64,000 bases of DNA from Octopus bimaculoides. Its lineage: Eukaryota. Shown here piece by piece: positions 37,903 through 50,531 of the stretch; positions within the stretch are counted from its first letter, which is position 1, and each line of letters opens with the position of its first letter. Under the pieces are notes generated by a model. That model worked only from the letters and a program-made list of their open reading frames with translations, was not told where the DNA came from and searched no databases. The stretch covers positions 97,510,176 to 97,574,175 of the forward strand of contig NC_068988.1 in the NCBI RefSeq assembly GCF_001194135.2, given 5' to 3'. The translations under genes and the position numbers were made by a program.

Positions 37903-39331
37903 CCTATACATACATACACACGTACATACATTATGTCTGTGTATGTATTCATTCACATATATGTATATTTATTCATTTGTATTCACATTTTATGTACATA
38001 CCTATCATATATGCAGACATAAGAATATATGCGTATGTGTTTTACATACATACATATATATATGTGTGTGTGAGTGTACGCGCACGCACGTTTGTGTATA
38101 CATGTATATAAATGAAAATATGCATATATATACACATGAAGTAGCTTAAAATAATATATTTAAAAAACATGTATGTATAGTCAAGCGCATACGCACATAC
38201 AATGCGATATCAACTGAAAGTATATATATACATATATACACATCAACTATTTAATACGTCTGAACATTCTATTTCACTCACTATATTTCTCCATTACTCT
38301 ATTGAAAGTCATAGCAAGATTCAATTATTTTATCTCGCCAATACTCTTATTTACAAATGAAAAAAAATTGAAGAAGCGAAAAATGGAGGGAAGGGAAGGT
38401 GAAGAAAATTCTCCCCCGCCCCGCACCAGCTGTTGTGTAATTTTACACAAGCTCAAGTATAAACACGCATATACGTAAATATGTAAACGTGCATGCACAC
38501 CCAACACAGAAATCGTATTTCCGTCTTGAGAATATTTCTCGAAAATTTCCCGACAAACGTCCAACTTATTTTCGCTGCTTTGCAGAATAACATCCATGGA
38601 TATCTATATTATTCATGCATGCCTGCGAACATAGAGCGACGATATGGAGCAGTCATCATCAGCACGTTGGTCAAAAACCTTAGCGGCATTACTTTCGACT
38701 TTTTACGCTTTTGAGTCCAAGTTTTATCGACATCGACAGAATATGGTCAAGTACTGGCGTTGATGTAATCAATTTATCCTTCCCCTCAAAACTGCTGGTT
38801 TTGAGTCCTGTGATGGGTCAGCATCCCGTTCATGGAAAATGTTGCGATCTCGGTCATTTATAGACACGGAAACCGGGTAATCGGCCTTACGAATCCTAGA
38901 GATTAAGAATAAAAAAATAGGCACATATACATACCTCAGTGCATGCATGTATGTCAGTGTGTATGTGTTTGTTTGTGTGTGTGTGTGTTGGATATGTACA
39001 CATACAGTTGTATTTGTATGATTTAATTAACTCTATAGATATTATTCGTGTAAAACGTTACGACGTTAAATTTAAGTTCACAAAATGGTTTCAATTTCCT
39101 CTGGAGCTAGTTTGCTTTGCAGAGGAAAGCAAAGCTATAGTTGTATGGAAGAAGGTAAATTTGCAATTTGGTGTCAAATCTGCAGTACAATTTTTGTCAG
39201 GTTTGTCAGTGAACTTACCCACAGTTTCGAGCGACAAAAATCTCGACATCATATTATAAGCAATCAATAATCGATATTAACATCTTTATGCGTTTCTGGA
39301 TCGCTAACTTGTGTCCTCTTCGCTATATACA

Positions 39332-40182
39332 TAGGGTGTTCGGACTAAAATTGATAGTTGACATAAAAGGACACAATATCCCGTCCAAAATTAGAAGCAT
39401 TTTTAAAAAATAAAGATATCAGGTAGAGTTTGGACGGGCGATAAGTGCTTACTCAAAGTCGCCGCTCTCAACTTCCACCGTTTCCTCAAGCCGGCTCTGG
39501 AATCAGGCACCAACCATTTCCTCCTGCATCTCTGAGAAGATCTTCGGACATCTCCGTCATCTTAGCCACCAGCTCAGCCTTGGAGTTGCAAGCAGCATGG
39601 TTGGTGTTTTTCTCAACTACGTCCCGCACATAATAATCAATGGGTTTACAATCGGCGGAGTCAAGAGACCAGAAACTGGGGATAGTTGTAGGGGTTTTCC
39701 GACAACCACTTCTGACTCTTTCCAGAGGCATGACAATGAATCGAATCCTGCTGCCACACATATCACCTTCCAGCAGCAACCTTCTCCAACCTGAGATTAA
39801 TTACAGTCTCCAGCAGTTTGATAAAGCCACCTGAATTGAGCTTTAGGCTCTGTTCAATGATGCAGGGATGAATTCCGGCGTGCGGACACAGTGAGAACGT
39901 CTGTTGTGTCTCTTCCTGCTGGCCGCGGCTTTGTAGTGTCCGTTAACGCTGTTCATGTCACGTTTTACAGACTTTACGGTGTTCACATTGAACACCAGTC
40001 ACGATGCAAACAGTTTGATGCCTTGCGCAAATCATCAAGATATATGTAACTCTTTTGTAATATTCAGATTACCTCCAGTCCTCCATGTCAACTAACTTTT
40101 ACTCAACTAGGACTTGAATCTTTAAGCTGTTCTTGAAAAAAGGAGACGTAAATGAATCGTCATATTTCGTCCGAACACCCTG
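39332..40182 (-). mobile_element. Tc1/mariner superfamily element, DD37D (maT)-like, decayed, with TIRs
   Basis: 14-bp TIR (t/c)agggtgttcggac at both ends; YVWQQDS..CH.SGKSQKWLSEN, SADCKPIDYYV, NSKAEL. Confidence 0.75.
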
Positions 40183-41110
40183 AATGTATCATCCTTAAAG
40201 TTTGCCCTATTACGTTCATCTACCTGATAATAATCTAGTGGTTATTTTACCAACCAAATGTGTGAAAATCCACAAAGTGCTTTAGAATTTTTATAATTAA
40301 AAACAAGATTACAATGAGCAGATGAAACAGTTGTAAATTGATGCATGAAAAAAAAAACTTGCTCTTTTCATTCTTTTTCTTTGGTCGGTATTTCGTTGAG
40401 GTACAGTGTTGAATATCACTTCTAGCCTGAGCTAGAAAAGGTGTTGCAACAGAAAGACATATTGAATATTCGTAAAAGCTCGTATCTAATACAAATAGGA
40501 GTGAGCAAAGATCTTGGAGAAATAAACATTGGAAATGTTCCACCCCACGTAGAAACAGCAAGAAGTGCACAAAATTTTTCAGGCTCTTCTAAATCCATTG
40601 TAGTTTTGGAAACCCTTCGTCAGCAGGTGTCTCAAGTTAACAACCATTTCGACCCTTAGCCTGTATATCTTGCTTGTCATTCGATCTGATACACGAACAA
40701 AGAAGGAATTGATTATAATGTATTACTGGCAATCAATAGCAGATACAACACAGTGACATGGGGCAACAAAGAATCAAGTACGTGGTTTCTGAATGGCTAG
40801 AAATCCCAAGAATCATACGAAACGAAGGACACATTGGAGAAAGAAAGTCAAGATAGTCTATGTTTGAAGAAACGATAGGAAACGCCACGGCTGGAAAGTC
40901 TTTCATAAGAGAGTTCACTCGATGAACATTTACGTGGAAGCTGAATGACAGCAACAGCAAAAACAATGACAACAATTAAAGCAACAAAAACAATAGGATA
41001 AAGAACAGCTCCACTGATATTATAAAAGTAGAATAATTGAATGAAGGAATGACTGAATAGATGAACGCAGTAAATAAGAGTATCAGGTGACAGTTTGTTT
41101 CTTGGTGTTT

Positions 41111-41184
<74 letters not shown>

Positions 41185-42137
41185 NNNNNNNNNNNNNNNN
41201 NNNNNNNNNNNNNNNNNNNNNNNNNNNNNNNNNNNNNNNNNNNNNNNNNNNNNNNNNNNNNNNNNNNNNNNNNNNNNNNNNNNNNNNNNNNNNNNNNNNN
41301 NNNNNNNNNNNNNNNNNNNNNNNNNNNNNNNNNNNNNNNNNNNNNNNNNNNNNNNNNNNNNNNNNNNNNNNNNNNNNNNNNNNNNNNNNNNNNNNNNNNN
41401 NNNNNNNNNNNNNNNNNNNNNNNNNNNNNNNNNNNNNNNNNNNNNNNNNNNNNNNNNNNNNNNNNNNNNNNNNNNNNNNNNNNNNNNNNNNNNNNNNNNN
41501 NNNNNNNNNNNNNNNNNNNNNNNNNNNNNNNNNNNNNNNNNNNNNNNNNNNNNNNNNNNNNNNNNNNNNNNNNNNNNNNNNNNNNNNNNNNNNNNNNNNN
41601 NNNNNNNNNNNNNNNNNNNNNNNNNNNNNNNNNNNNNNNNNNNNNNNNNNNNNNNNNNNNNNNNNNNNNNNNNNNNNNNNNNNNNNNNNNNNNNNNNNNN
41701 NNNNNNNNNNNNNNNNNNNNNNNNNNNNNNNNNNNNNNNNNNNNNNNNNNNNNNNNNNNNNNNNNNNNNNNNNNNNNNNNNTTATGCATGTGCGTACACA
41801 CACACACACACACAAAGGCAGACGAGAGAGAAGATAATTTTAAACAAACTAGCTTATTTCACATAGAGGTTTTACAGAAATGTAAACATATCTCGCAACG
41901 TGTAATGTGCTGCGGTTTTGCGTGTGGCTGTGTGTGTGTGTAAGGAGCAAATGGTAAAACTTAGACACATAAAGCAAACAAAAAAAATAATAAAATACGT
42001 ACACATCCCATTAAATTGAATATCATCACGAAAAGTTTATGTAAAAAAAAAAAAAATAGAATTAAAACCAGGAATTTTTTTTTTCCAAATTCCAAGAGAA
42101 AATACTGACATAAATGAAAGGGAAATTGAAGCTGAAG

Positions 42138-42640
42138 TGATGATGATGATGACGATGATGACGTCGATGATGACCACGATGATGATGACGATGATGATGA
42201 CAACGATGGTGATGGTGTTTGTTATGATGATGGTTACTGCGACGGTGCTGATGATGATAGACACGGTGACGGCACCTAGCATGATCCCCGTACCTTTTCT
42301 TTTTAAAAGGAATTGTTATTGTAGCTATTGTTGTTTTCCTCCTCCTCCTCCCCTTCCGTCACCAACTTCAGTTTATAAAGTTAGCTTTACTAACAACACT
42401 GACACCACAGATGAACCCACCACCACCACCAATAACAACAACATCAACAACCAACACCACCTCCACAAACAACAACAGCCAACACCCCCACTAAAACTTC
42501 TCCCACCACCATCACCAACACAACAGCCACCGCCACAAACACCACCACCACCACTAATCTATCACTACCATCATCAACACCACTGCTGCTGCCACCACCG
42601 CCACCATCATCATCATCATCATCACGACCGCCGCCACCTA
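42138..42640. repeat. Compound trinucleotide low-complexity tract (GAT, CCT, CAA, CAC, CAT)
   Basis: Direct inspection; accounts for the poly-M/P/H ORF 42137-42793. Confidence 0.9.
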
Positions 42641-42884
42641 TGCCACCTCAATGGATATCTTCACAAAAGTTATTTTGCCTTTTCTTACGTTTTTAACAAC
42701 ACAAAAAATCGCTCCCAACAAACTCAGCCAAGGCAAAAATTACAAGAAAATCAACGCAAAACCTCTTTCCTTGCTCACAGAACATTAATTTAGCAGCCAT
42801 GTTGACATAAATGCCTCGACGCCGTATATCTTGTTGGCATCTTTTGTTTGCACAATTCTCGGGGGATTTTATATCTACAGGGGC

Positions 42885-42922
<38 letters not shown>

Positions 42923-43488
42923 GTGCATCAACATGACTATTTGTACTTGTCTAGCTATTTGTTGTTTTTTGTTATTATTTTGTTTATCAGTTGGTGCTTT
43001 TGTTGTATGAGTTTTTTTTCTCTGTATTTTTAATTGCCTTTCCAACCCCGCCATCTCCTCCTAACTATATGCAACGGGTTCATATTGATAGAGTTATCTG
43101 TTTAGATTTTTTTTTATCATCCGAGTATGAATTTCTGTGTGTAGGCTTTCGGTATAAGTGTTTATATACTCAGGCAACGTATATCTAGGGATGTAAGCAC
43201 GTACACGTATGTGTATATATATGTACGTGTATCTGGGAGTAAATGTGTGTGTGTATCTATGATGTGTATGTATATACGTGTGCATATATATGATGTATGT
43301 ATATATATAATACATTTAAATATAAAAGTGTATATTGAATATGTTTTTATGTATCAACTACAAATGTTTGATATATTTTTTGTTATAAAGAACACATATT
43401 TACATACTCAGACATAGGCATATATATGCACACATACATACACACATTTGTGTATACAGAGAGACACATAAGTATCTATGTATATATA

Positions 43489-43521
<33 letters not shown>

Positions 43522-43688
43522 GCATATATATGTATACACACACACACACACATAATGCCTATACAGCCCTACATACGCATACATATTTTCACACACACAC
43601 ACAAACACTACCAGTGTGTTATCTCGCTAAGTATTTCTTTTTCTCGTCGCCCATTGGACTCGCTTCCACCATTGTGGTTCCTCTCCCC

Positions 43689-43840
43689 ACAAGATTCTTT
43701 CCCTCTTCTCGTTCTACAAGATTCTTTCCCTCTTCTTTCCCTCTTCTCGTTCTACAAGATTCTTTCCCTCTTCTTTCCCTCTTCTCGTTCTACAAGATTC
43801 TTTCCCTCTTCTTTCCCTCTTCTCGTTCTACAAGATTCTT
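43689..43840. repeat. 38-bp minisatellite (one 27-bp unit, three 38-bp units, partial unit)
   Basis: acaagattctttccctcttctttccctcttctcgttct repeated identically; internal 11-bp sub-duplication. Confidence 0.9.
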
Positions 43841-44690
43841 CTTGCTGGTGCCGTTATTGTCTTTCCTGTCAGGATTCTTCTTCTTCGTCTTCTCCTTCTT
43901 CCTTTCTCCTTCTCTCCTCCTCCCCTTATTCTTCTTCGTCTTCTCTTTCTCCTTTTCTTCGTCTTCTCCTTCTCCCCTTGTTCTTCTGCATCAACGTTGC
44001 TTTTCTTTTTTCATTTCGATTTTCTTTCGGATTTGTTGTTTATATATATTATTTATATATGTTATTTATATATGTTATTTATATATATTTATATTTATTC
44101 ATTTATTTATTACAGTATTTTTTTTTTTTACTCATTTCAATTCCTGCATTGCCATTGTCCACGCGGCTGTTGTCACTGTTTACAAATGATGACAACGATG
44201 ATGATGACAACGACGATGATGACGATGACGATGATGATGATGCAGGCACAAGTTCTTGTCCTTGATGTTACTGTTGTTATCGCATGTTGGCGGCGGCGGC
44301 GGCGGCCTTCGTGCGTTTTACCCTTACCTTATTGTTGTTGTCGCTGTTGTCGGGAGTGGTAAGGGTCTATTTTGGTGGGCAGGAGGAAGAAAAAGAATTT
44401 GATATGGATTCTTCGACATTTATACATGTAGTAGTTGTAACAGTAGTAGTAGTAGCTCTTATTAATGTTAGAAGTGATATTGTTGTTGCCGTTCTTGTTG
44501 CTTTTATTTTTTGTTTTGTTCTTATCGTAACACTTTTTGCTGCTTTTCTTGCTGTTAGTCTTCTACTACTACTACTACTACTACTTGTAGTCCTGTTGAT
44601 AACGAGTAATGAAAGTATTATTTTCAAGGTTTTGTTATTTTTGTTTTCCTCACTGTTTTAATCAAGTTTTTCCTTATTCTTTTCCAGCAG

Positions 44691-44740
<50 letters not shown>

Positions 44741-44744
44741 ACAC

Positions 44745-44783
<39 letters not shown>

Positions 44784-45086
44784 TTTGTTTTAGGTGCTTG
44801 TTCGTCTTTGCTGCTGTTCTGGGATGTTCTTGTCATTGTTGTTGCACTTTCTGATTATTTCCTGCTCTCGTTCGTTGTTGATGCTGATGATAATGATGTA
44901 TATTTTAGCAACGTTACCTTTATTGTTTTCCTTCTCTTCTCGGAGCGTTCGATTTCATTTACTCCGGTTAATTCTGTTAACGATTTCTCGGGGTTTCTTT
45001 TCCACGATACTTAACACCCAAGTACCAATCTGAAGATCCTTGCTGTCCCCACTACACCATATGGGGCAATTATAGAGTGAATTTTA

Positions 45087-45982
45087 GGGCTTATAAATCT
45101 AATATTTTCCTATCCTTCCTTAATACCGGTTCCCATATCCTGCTCATATCTGCACTCGGTCTGCTTAGGAGGTTGTTGTGTCCTAGCATATGCGCTGCTT
45201 GTTTTAGTTTTCATATTTTCCAGTGGTGTCCTCTATCTATTATTTTAACTTCATCTCACAGGGGGAAGTGGTTTCCGTTTTTCCACACATGATCAGCTAT
45301 ACCCGATTTATCAATATGTCCTCGTGTCACAGCCTTGCGATGTTCGTCTACCCTTATTTTGAGGGGGGCGACGTGTTTCGCCTTTGTATAACCTACCACA
45401 GCTGCATGGGAAGGAGGACACGCGGTCTTTGCCATGTTCTCTTCTATTGTTGGTTTTACTCGAAGGAGATATTTGCGAAGTGTTGTATTGCTCTTGAACA
45501 CTGTCCTGATGTCATATGGGCCACATATCTTTTGTATCTTTTCGGCGAGGCCTTTCACAAAAGGTAGACAGACTGGGGACAGTTTATTAGCCTCATCCTC
45601 TCTCTTCTTCATAATTGGAGTGAATAGTATACTTTTGTGGTTGTTGTTGCTTAACAGATCGTTATTGAGCTTGATCATTTCTTCANNNNNNNNNNTGCTT
45701 AACAGATCGTTATTGAGCTTGATCATTTCTTCATGGTGTGTAGGCATTGAGCAATCCCTCTCTTTACACTGTATGGATGGTGGGAATTGAAGCTGAGGTG
45801 TCGACCAGTAAAGGTCGGCTTGCGGTATACGGATGTCCTGAATCCATTCTTGGTGTGTGTTATTAATACGTCCAAGAATGCCAGCTGATTGTCTTTTTCT
45901 TTTTCCATTGTGAACAGTATGGATGGCTTCATTGAGTTCACATGATCTAACAGCACTTGGACATCTTCCTTGTGGGGCCATT
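45087..45982 (-). mobile_element. Penelope-like element: RT C-terminus plus GIY-YIG endonuclease, 5'-truncated
   Basis: QLAFLDVLI...TSVYRKPTFTGRHLSFNSHHPYSVKRGI; LPFVKGLAEKIQKIC; LKIRVDEHRKAV...SGIADHVW; DEVKIID...KLKQAAHM. Confidence 0.85.
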
Positions 45983-46630
45983 GGTAGTGCTTGTGAACAT
46001 CTTGCGCAGAAAGCGTACAAGCGTAGACACGACAAAGCCCAAAAGCTCCACTGGCTACTATGCTGTAAGTATGGATATGAGGTTATGGGTGCTTGGTACC
46101 AACATACCCCGGAAAAGATAATGGACGAAAAGCGGAAGGCAAAAATACTCTGGGACTTTGATTTTCGGACAGGCAAAGTGTTAGAGCACCGAAGGCCGGA
46201 TTTAGTAACCTTTAGGAGGGAAAAACAAGAGTGTCTTATAATTGACGGGGCAGTACCAGGAGATCAACGTATCGTCATGAAAGAAAAGTAAAAGCTGATA
46301 AATATGGAGACTTGAGAATTGAGATCGCTAAGATGTGGCAGCTACGAGAGTCAAACAAAGTTTATCCCTATTGTCATCGGAGCATTGGGTTCAATACCAC
46401 CCAGTCTGAAAAAAAATATCTGAAAATCTTAGAAATACCCTACAATCTAGGTGTATTGCAATAGTCGGCATTACTTGGAACTGCGCGCATTTTGCGTAAA
46501 GTACTGTCTGTCTGAGATCCTTGTTGTGACTTGACAAACAGTGCAAACCTCGATAAACACAATATCTTCAATCAACAACCTCACGATATTGTATACTGTG
46601 CGACGTCTAATAATAATAATAATAATAATT
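45980..46630 (+). mobile_element. RLE-type (R4/Dong-like) LINE 3' fragment with (TAA)n tail
   Basis: SACEHLAQKAYKRRHD...LHWLLC...KILWDF...EHRRPDLV...IIDGAVP; later PIVIGALGSIP; tail (taa)n ~46607-46629. Confidence 0.85.
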
Positions 46631-46631
46631 T

Positions 46632-47060
46632 ACCTCAAGGGTATCAAATGTTGGGGACAGTACAAATACAGGTTACAATCTGTGTGTTGGGGTAGGGTTT
46701 ACATAAAAGATGAGAGGAAGGAAGTGGAAAAGACGTTGAAATGAAATGTCTACATTTTATACAAAGCACGTGACAACTTGAATGATGCAGTCCTCCTGAT
46801 ACAGGAGAAACTCTAACTAGATCCACAGACCCAGTTTTACCCTAACCCTCAAAAGGCAGGAGACCTCGTCCGACTTGTTCTTTAGTCTACAGACACACGC
46901 TCAGAATAGACCCATTCACCCGAACCGTTTTTGACAAATTTATTCGGGGTGAGCACCACTCCTTCCGACCTCACTTTCCTTTCCAAGAAGTCAATGACGT
47001 CTTGATTGAAAAGTAAAGTGGTTTTCCTTCATCCTTTTAATGTCGTCCACCACACACCGC
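46632..47060 (-). mobile_element. Tx1-group LINE 3' fragment, tail-to-tail with the RLE LINE
   Basis: VWWTTLKG*RK...DFLERKVRSEGVVLTPNKFVK parallels the C-terminus at 22322-22450 and 34955-35070. Confidence 0.6.
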
Positions 47061-47069
47061 CTAATCATT

Positions 47070-47215
47070 AAGGGCAGCGGGTTAATTGATACTATCAATC
47101 GCAGCACTTGTCTGGCACTTCATTTTATCAACCCTGAAGGGATGAAAGCTTCAGTGGGATTTGAACTCAGAACGTAAAGAATCGGAAGAGATGCTGGCAT
47201 TTCTGACTCTCCCAC
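47070..47215 (-). mobile_element. SINE fragment
   Basis: Reverse complement of gttctgagttcaaatccc...ctttcatcccttcagggttgataaaat. Confidence 0.55.
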
Positions 47216-47885
47216 GGCCCTACAAAGTCATCTGCTGGCAATTTTAATCTGTGACAACTGACCAAGGTCTTACTTTTTTTTATCCCCTTTTTTCTCCTTT
47301 TTTCTTCTTCTTCTTTAGTAGTTCACTTTATATTTCTTTGTCTTTTATTTGATTATTTAAGTCATTGGTCTGCAGCCATCCTCGGGTACCGTCTTGAAGG
47401 GTTTACGCGAACAAATTCTATTCTTCTCCTTTGCCCAACTGTTTATTTGAATGTCGCCAAAAGACACTTGGGACCTTGTGGCCTGCATAAGAAACCACCA
47501 TCATCATCATCATCGTTGTTATTATTATCAACATTATTATTATCATTATTATTATTATTACCACCACTTTCTAATGAAAACTATAAAACAACACAAACTT
47601 AATTTGATTGCAATCGTGTTGAGTATGTTGCTAAGAAGTATGTTGTTTATTCACCAACTCAATCAACCAATCAACACATGTAATTGTTTACTTACAAACA
47701 TTACACCAGCTTGTTCGCTCGTGTGTTTTTATTTTTTTTACTATGATGATGATGGCGGGGATGGTGGCGGTGGTTGTTATGGCGGCGCTGCTATTTTCTG
47801 TTTGCTTGCGACTTCGTGATTTTCCATTCTATCGCTTTTATCATTTTGCTTATTTGTTTATACAGAGAGAGAGAGAGAAACACAC

Positions 47886-47924
<39 letters not shown>

Positions 47925-47934
47925 AGTGGGTGTG

Positions 47935-47965
<31 letters not shown>

Positions 47966-48521
47966 CACACACACACACACACATATGTGCGTGTGTGTAT
48001 TGTGCTTTTTAATTTGATATGCCCTTGGGAGAAGAGTTTTCCAAGTTTTAGAGAGTGTTTCTTCCGGACGTTGGCGCCGCCATAACAACATCCCCGGCAA
48101 TTTTCAAATGAACTTTTGTCCCCCGATGCAGGCGCATCACTCAGAGTAGTGTTAATATACTAACACAGCGTCACAATCTCTACCAAGCGAACGATCATTC
48201 GCTGCTCTCTCTCTCTCTCTCCCTCTCTATTTCACTCTCTAACAACTTCTACCTGTTCCTTTGCACGATACTTCAATCCATAAGTCTATAAATTGATCAC
48301 TGCAACACGTTCCTCAACGATTTCCTGGGTCACCTCAGAAAGTATGCAAACTCTGCTTACTTTTACATCTCACTACATTTAGTTTCATTTGATGTGATCA
48401 GCATCTCTAGATATCTAGATCTTGCTCTTTTGGACGTTTAAACTTTGTTCGCCCTCTAGAGATTAGTGAGTTTAACATACTAATTGAAAGTGGGTGTTTA
48501 AACCGCCGTACCCAACAACCC

Positions 48522-49095
48522 ACGAGGATCGGTTGTAAAGTCCATAGGCTGACCAATATGTTATCATAGAATATGGACAAATGAGGTTTATTTTTAAACA
48601 ATCTCTTTAGAGGTCTCACATCCTCTATTGGTGTTGCAGAGCTTGGATCCTATTGAGAGGTAGTTTTCATCTTGTCGGTCAAAAATCCTCAACAGCAGAT
48701 GTACCTTCTCTGCGATACTGGCTCCCAGCCAAGTGGTTTTTCATGTCGGGGAACAAATGATAGTCAGATGGGACCAAATCAGGAGAACAGGGAGAGTGAT
48801 CCACCAGTTCAATGCCACACTCAACACACAGCAACCATTGAAACCAAGGACTCGTGTGGTGGAGTATTATCTTGATTAAACACGAACACTTTCGTCAGAT
48901 TTCCTGGGCGTTTGGTCTTGGTAGCCTTTCGTAACTGCCTGAAAAAGTCAGTATAGAACACTCTATTGATGGTGTATCCCTTCTGAAGATTGTCAATAAA
49001 ACGGAATACCTTCTGCATTCCATAAAACTGAGGCCGTCTACTTCTCTACAGAGGAAGCAACTTTGACATTCCTTGGAGAAAGTGAGGAGGTTAGG
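48522..49095 (-). mobile_element. mariner 3' half with right TIR
   Basis: SVLWNAE..FIDNLQKGYTIN..Y...RQLRKA.K.KRPG...QDNTPPHESLVSM; PYSPDL-like and YHLFP-like segments; terminal ...ggactttacaaccgatcctcgt. Confidence 0.8.
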
Positions 49096-49341
49096 AAACG
49101 TTCTAATAAAAAGTGAATCCCATGAAGAACATGTAGAACACATTAAAGATTAGAAGAATACTTTACATCTATATATATATATTATTAGATATATAAAGAA
49201 CAAGGGCTTTGGCGCTAAATCCGAAAACATAATTCCCATGGTTAACTGGTTTCCTTCTTGCAACTTTGCAGAGGTAAGACGCAATCCTTATTCACTTAGT
49301 TTTTTCTCCAACCATGCCTGTGAAAATCTAGTGTTAATTTT

Positions 49342-49645
49342 CGTAGTGAGGTTGTGAGTTCGATTCCCGGGCCGGGCTGTGTGTTGTGTTCTTGAGCAAG
49401 ACACTTTATTTCGGGTTGCTCCAGCTCACTCATCTGAAGAAATGAGTTACGACGTGACGAATGACCATGGGACTGCACCTAGAAAGTTTTGTGTGTGTGT
49501 GTGTGTGTGTGTGTGTACGGAATCCACTCACAAGGCATTGTTCGGTCCGTAGTTAAAGTAGAAGACACTTACCCAAATGCCGTGCAGTGTAACTGAACCC
49601 GAAACCATGTGGTTCCCAAACGAGCTTCTTAACCACACAGACAGG
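49342..49645. mobile_element. Two partial SINEs (49342-49478 plus, 49515-49645 minus) separated by (GT)n
   Basis: First matches 6540-6640; second is the reverse complement of the 4950-type family. Confidence 0.6.
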
Positions 49646-50495
49646 CCTACCTCTTTTTTCTTCCTGACCAATTGACTCAGTCTTCCTCACATTGATGTTG
49701 TCTTTGGATGCAGTTTTCCTCACTTCCTTCGAGTGTTCTTTCCAAACCAACCACCGTACATTTCTCAAGATCATTTCTCTGAGCTTGTTTCATAGACACC
49801 CACATCTTTTCTTTATTACTTTTCTTCATCGCGTATTAAGTGAACAAGAGGTAAGGAATATGCACTAATCCACCCACTCCATTGCCATCCGCCGCACCCC
49901 TACAAAATTAAAAGAAAAACGGATGGACAAATGAGAATTAAAGTAAATAAATAAGATGTTTGGTTAAAGCTGCAGATTTATATCCGTTCAAAGTAAAAAA
50001 AACAACTGTAAAACAAAAACAAACAATATACAGGTTGTTTTCTTTAGCCCTAGGTCAACCTTTATTCAATTGACCCTTGGTCAAAAACATTCCAGCTGTT
50101 GTATAGCATTCCCCACCCTAGACATAGGCATAGTATACTTCGGAGTACATTATCCAATGTGATCACATTTTTTGAAGACGGTAGGTTGCGGTTTGGGACA
50201 AATAACTTCAGACACTCGTCCCATCGATGCCGAGAGGGAGCGGCGAAAATTCTTGTCATCTCTCGTTTGTATGCTTTTTTTTTCTTCCTAGGCATGTACC
50301 CTTGATCCTTGAGGCGGTAGGGTATGACTTACGGGCCATACTCTAGCATTTCGAGCGGCATCATGTCAGGTATGTGCTCTATGATGCCGCTACTCCTCCT
50401 GCTATTACTGTAGTAGCTATTGATGATGATGATAATGACACAGACAGACTGTCCGGAAAAGCCCTCAGAGTTTTAAAACATAAAATAAGGGAAGT

Positions 50496-50531
<36 letters not shown>

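Noticed and set aside
39095-39140. ttcctctg/cagaggaa stem with loop complementary to downstream agcaaa (H-type pseudoknot)
   Set aside because: Zero-length loop 3 makes the pseudoknot sterically implausible
42137-42793. 218-aa Met/Pro/His-rich ORF, plus 43426-44265, 43488-44189 and the many HT/CV/YI ORFs
   Set aside because: Produced by tri- and dinucleotide repeats lacking stop codons; N-spanning ORFs are gap artefacts
43689-43840. Identical 38-bp repeats as a possible CRISPR-like array
   Set aside because: Units are directly adjacent with no unique spacers, in a eukaryotic context; an ordinary minisatellite
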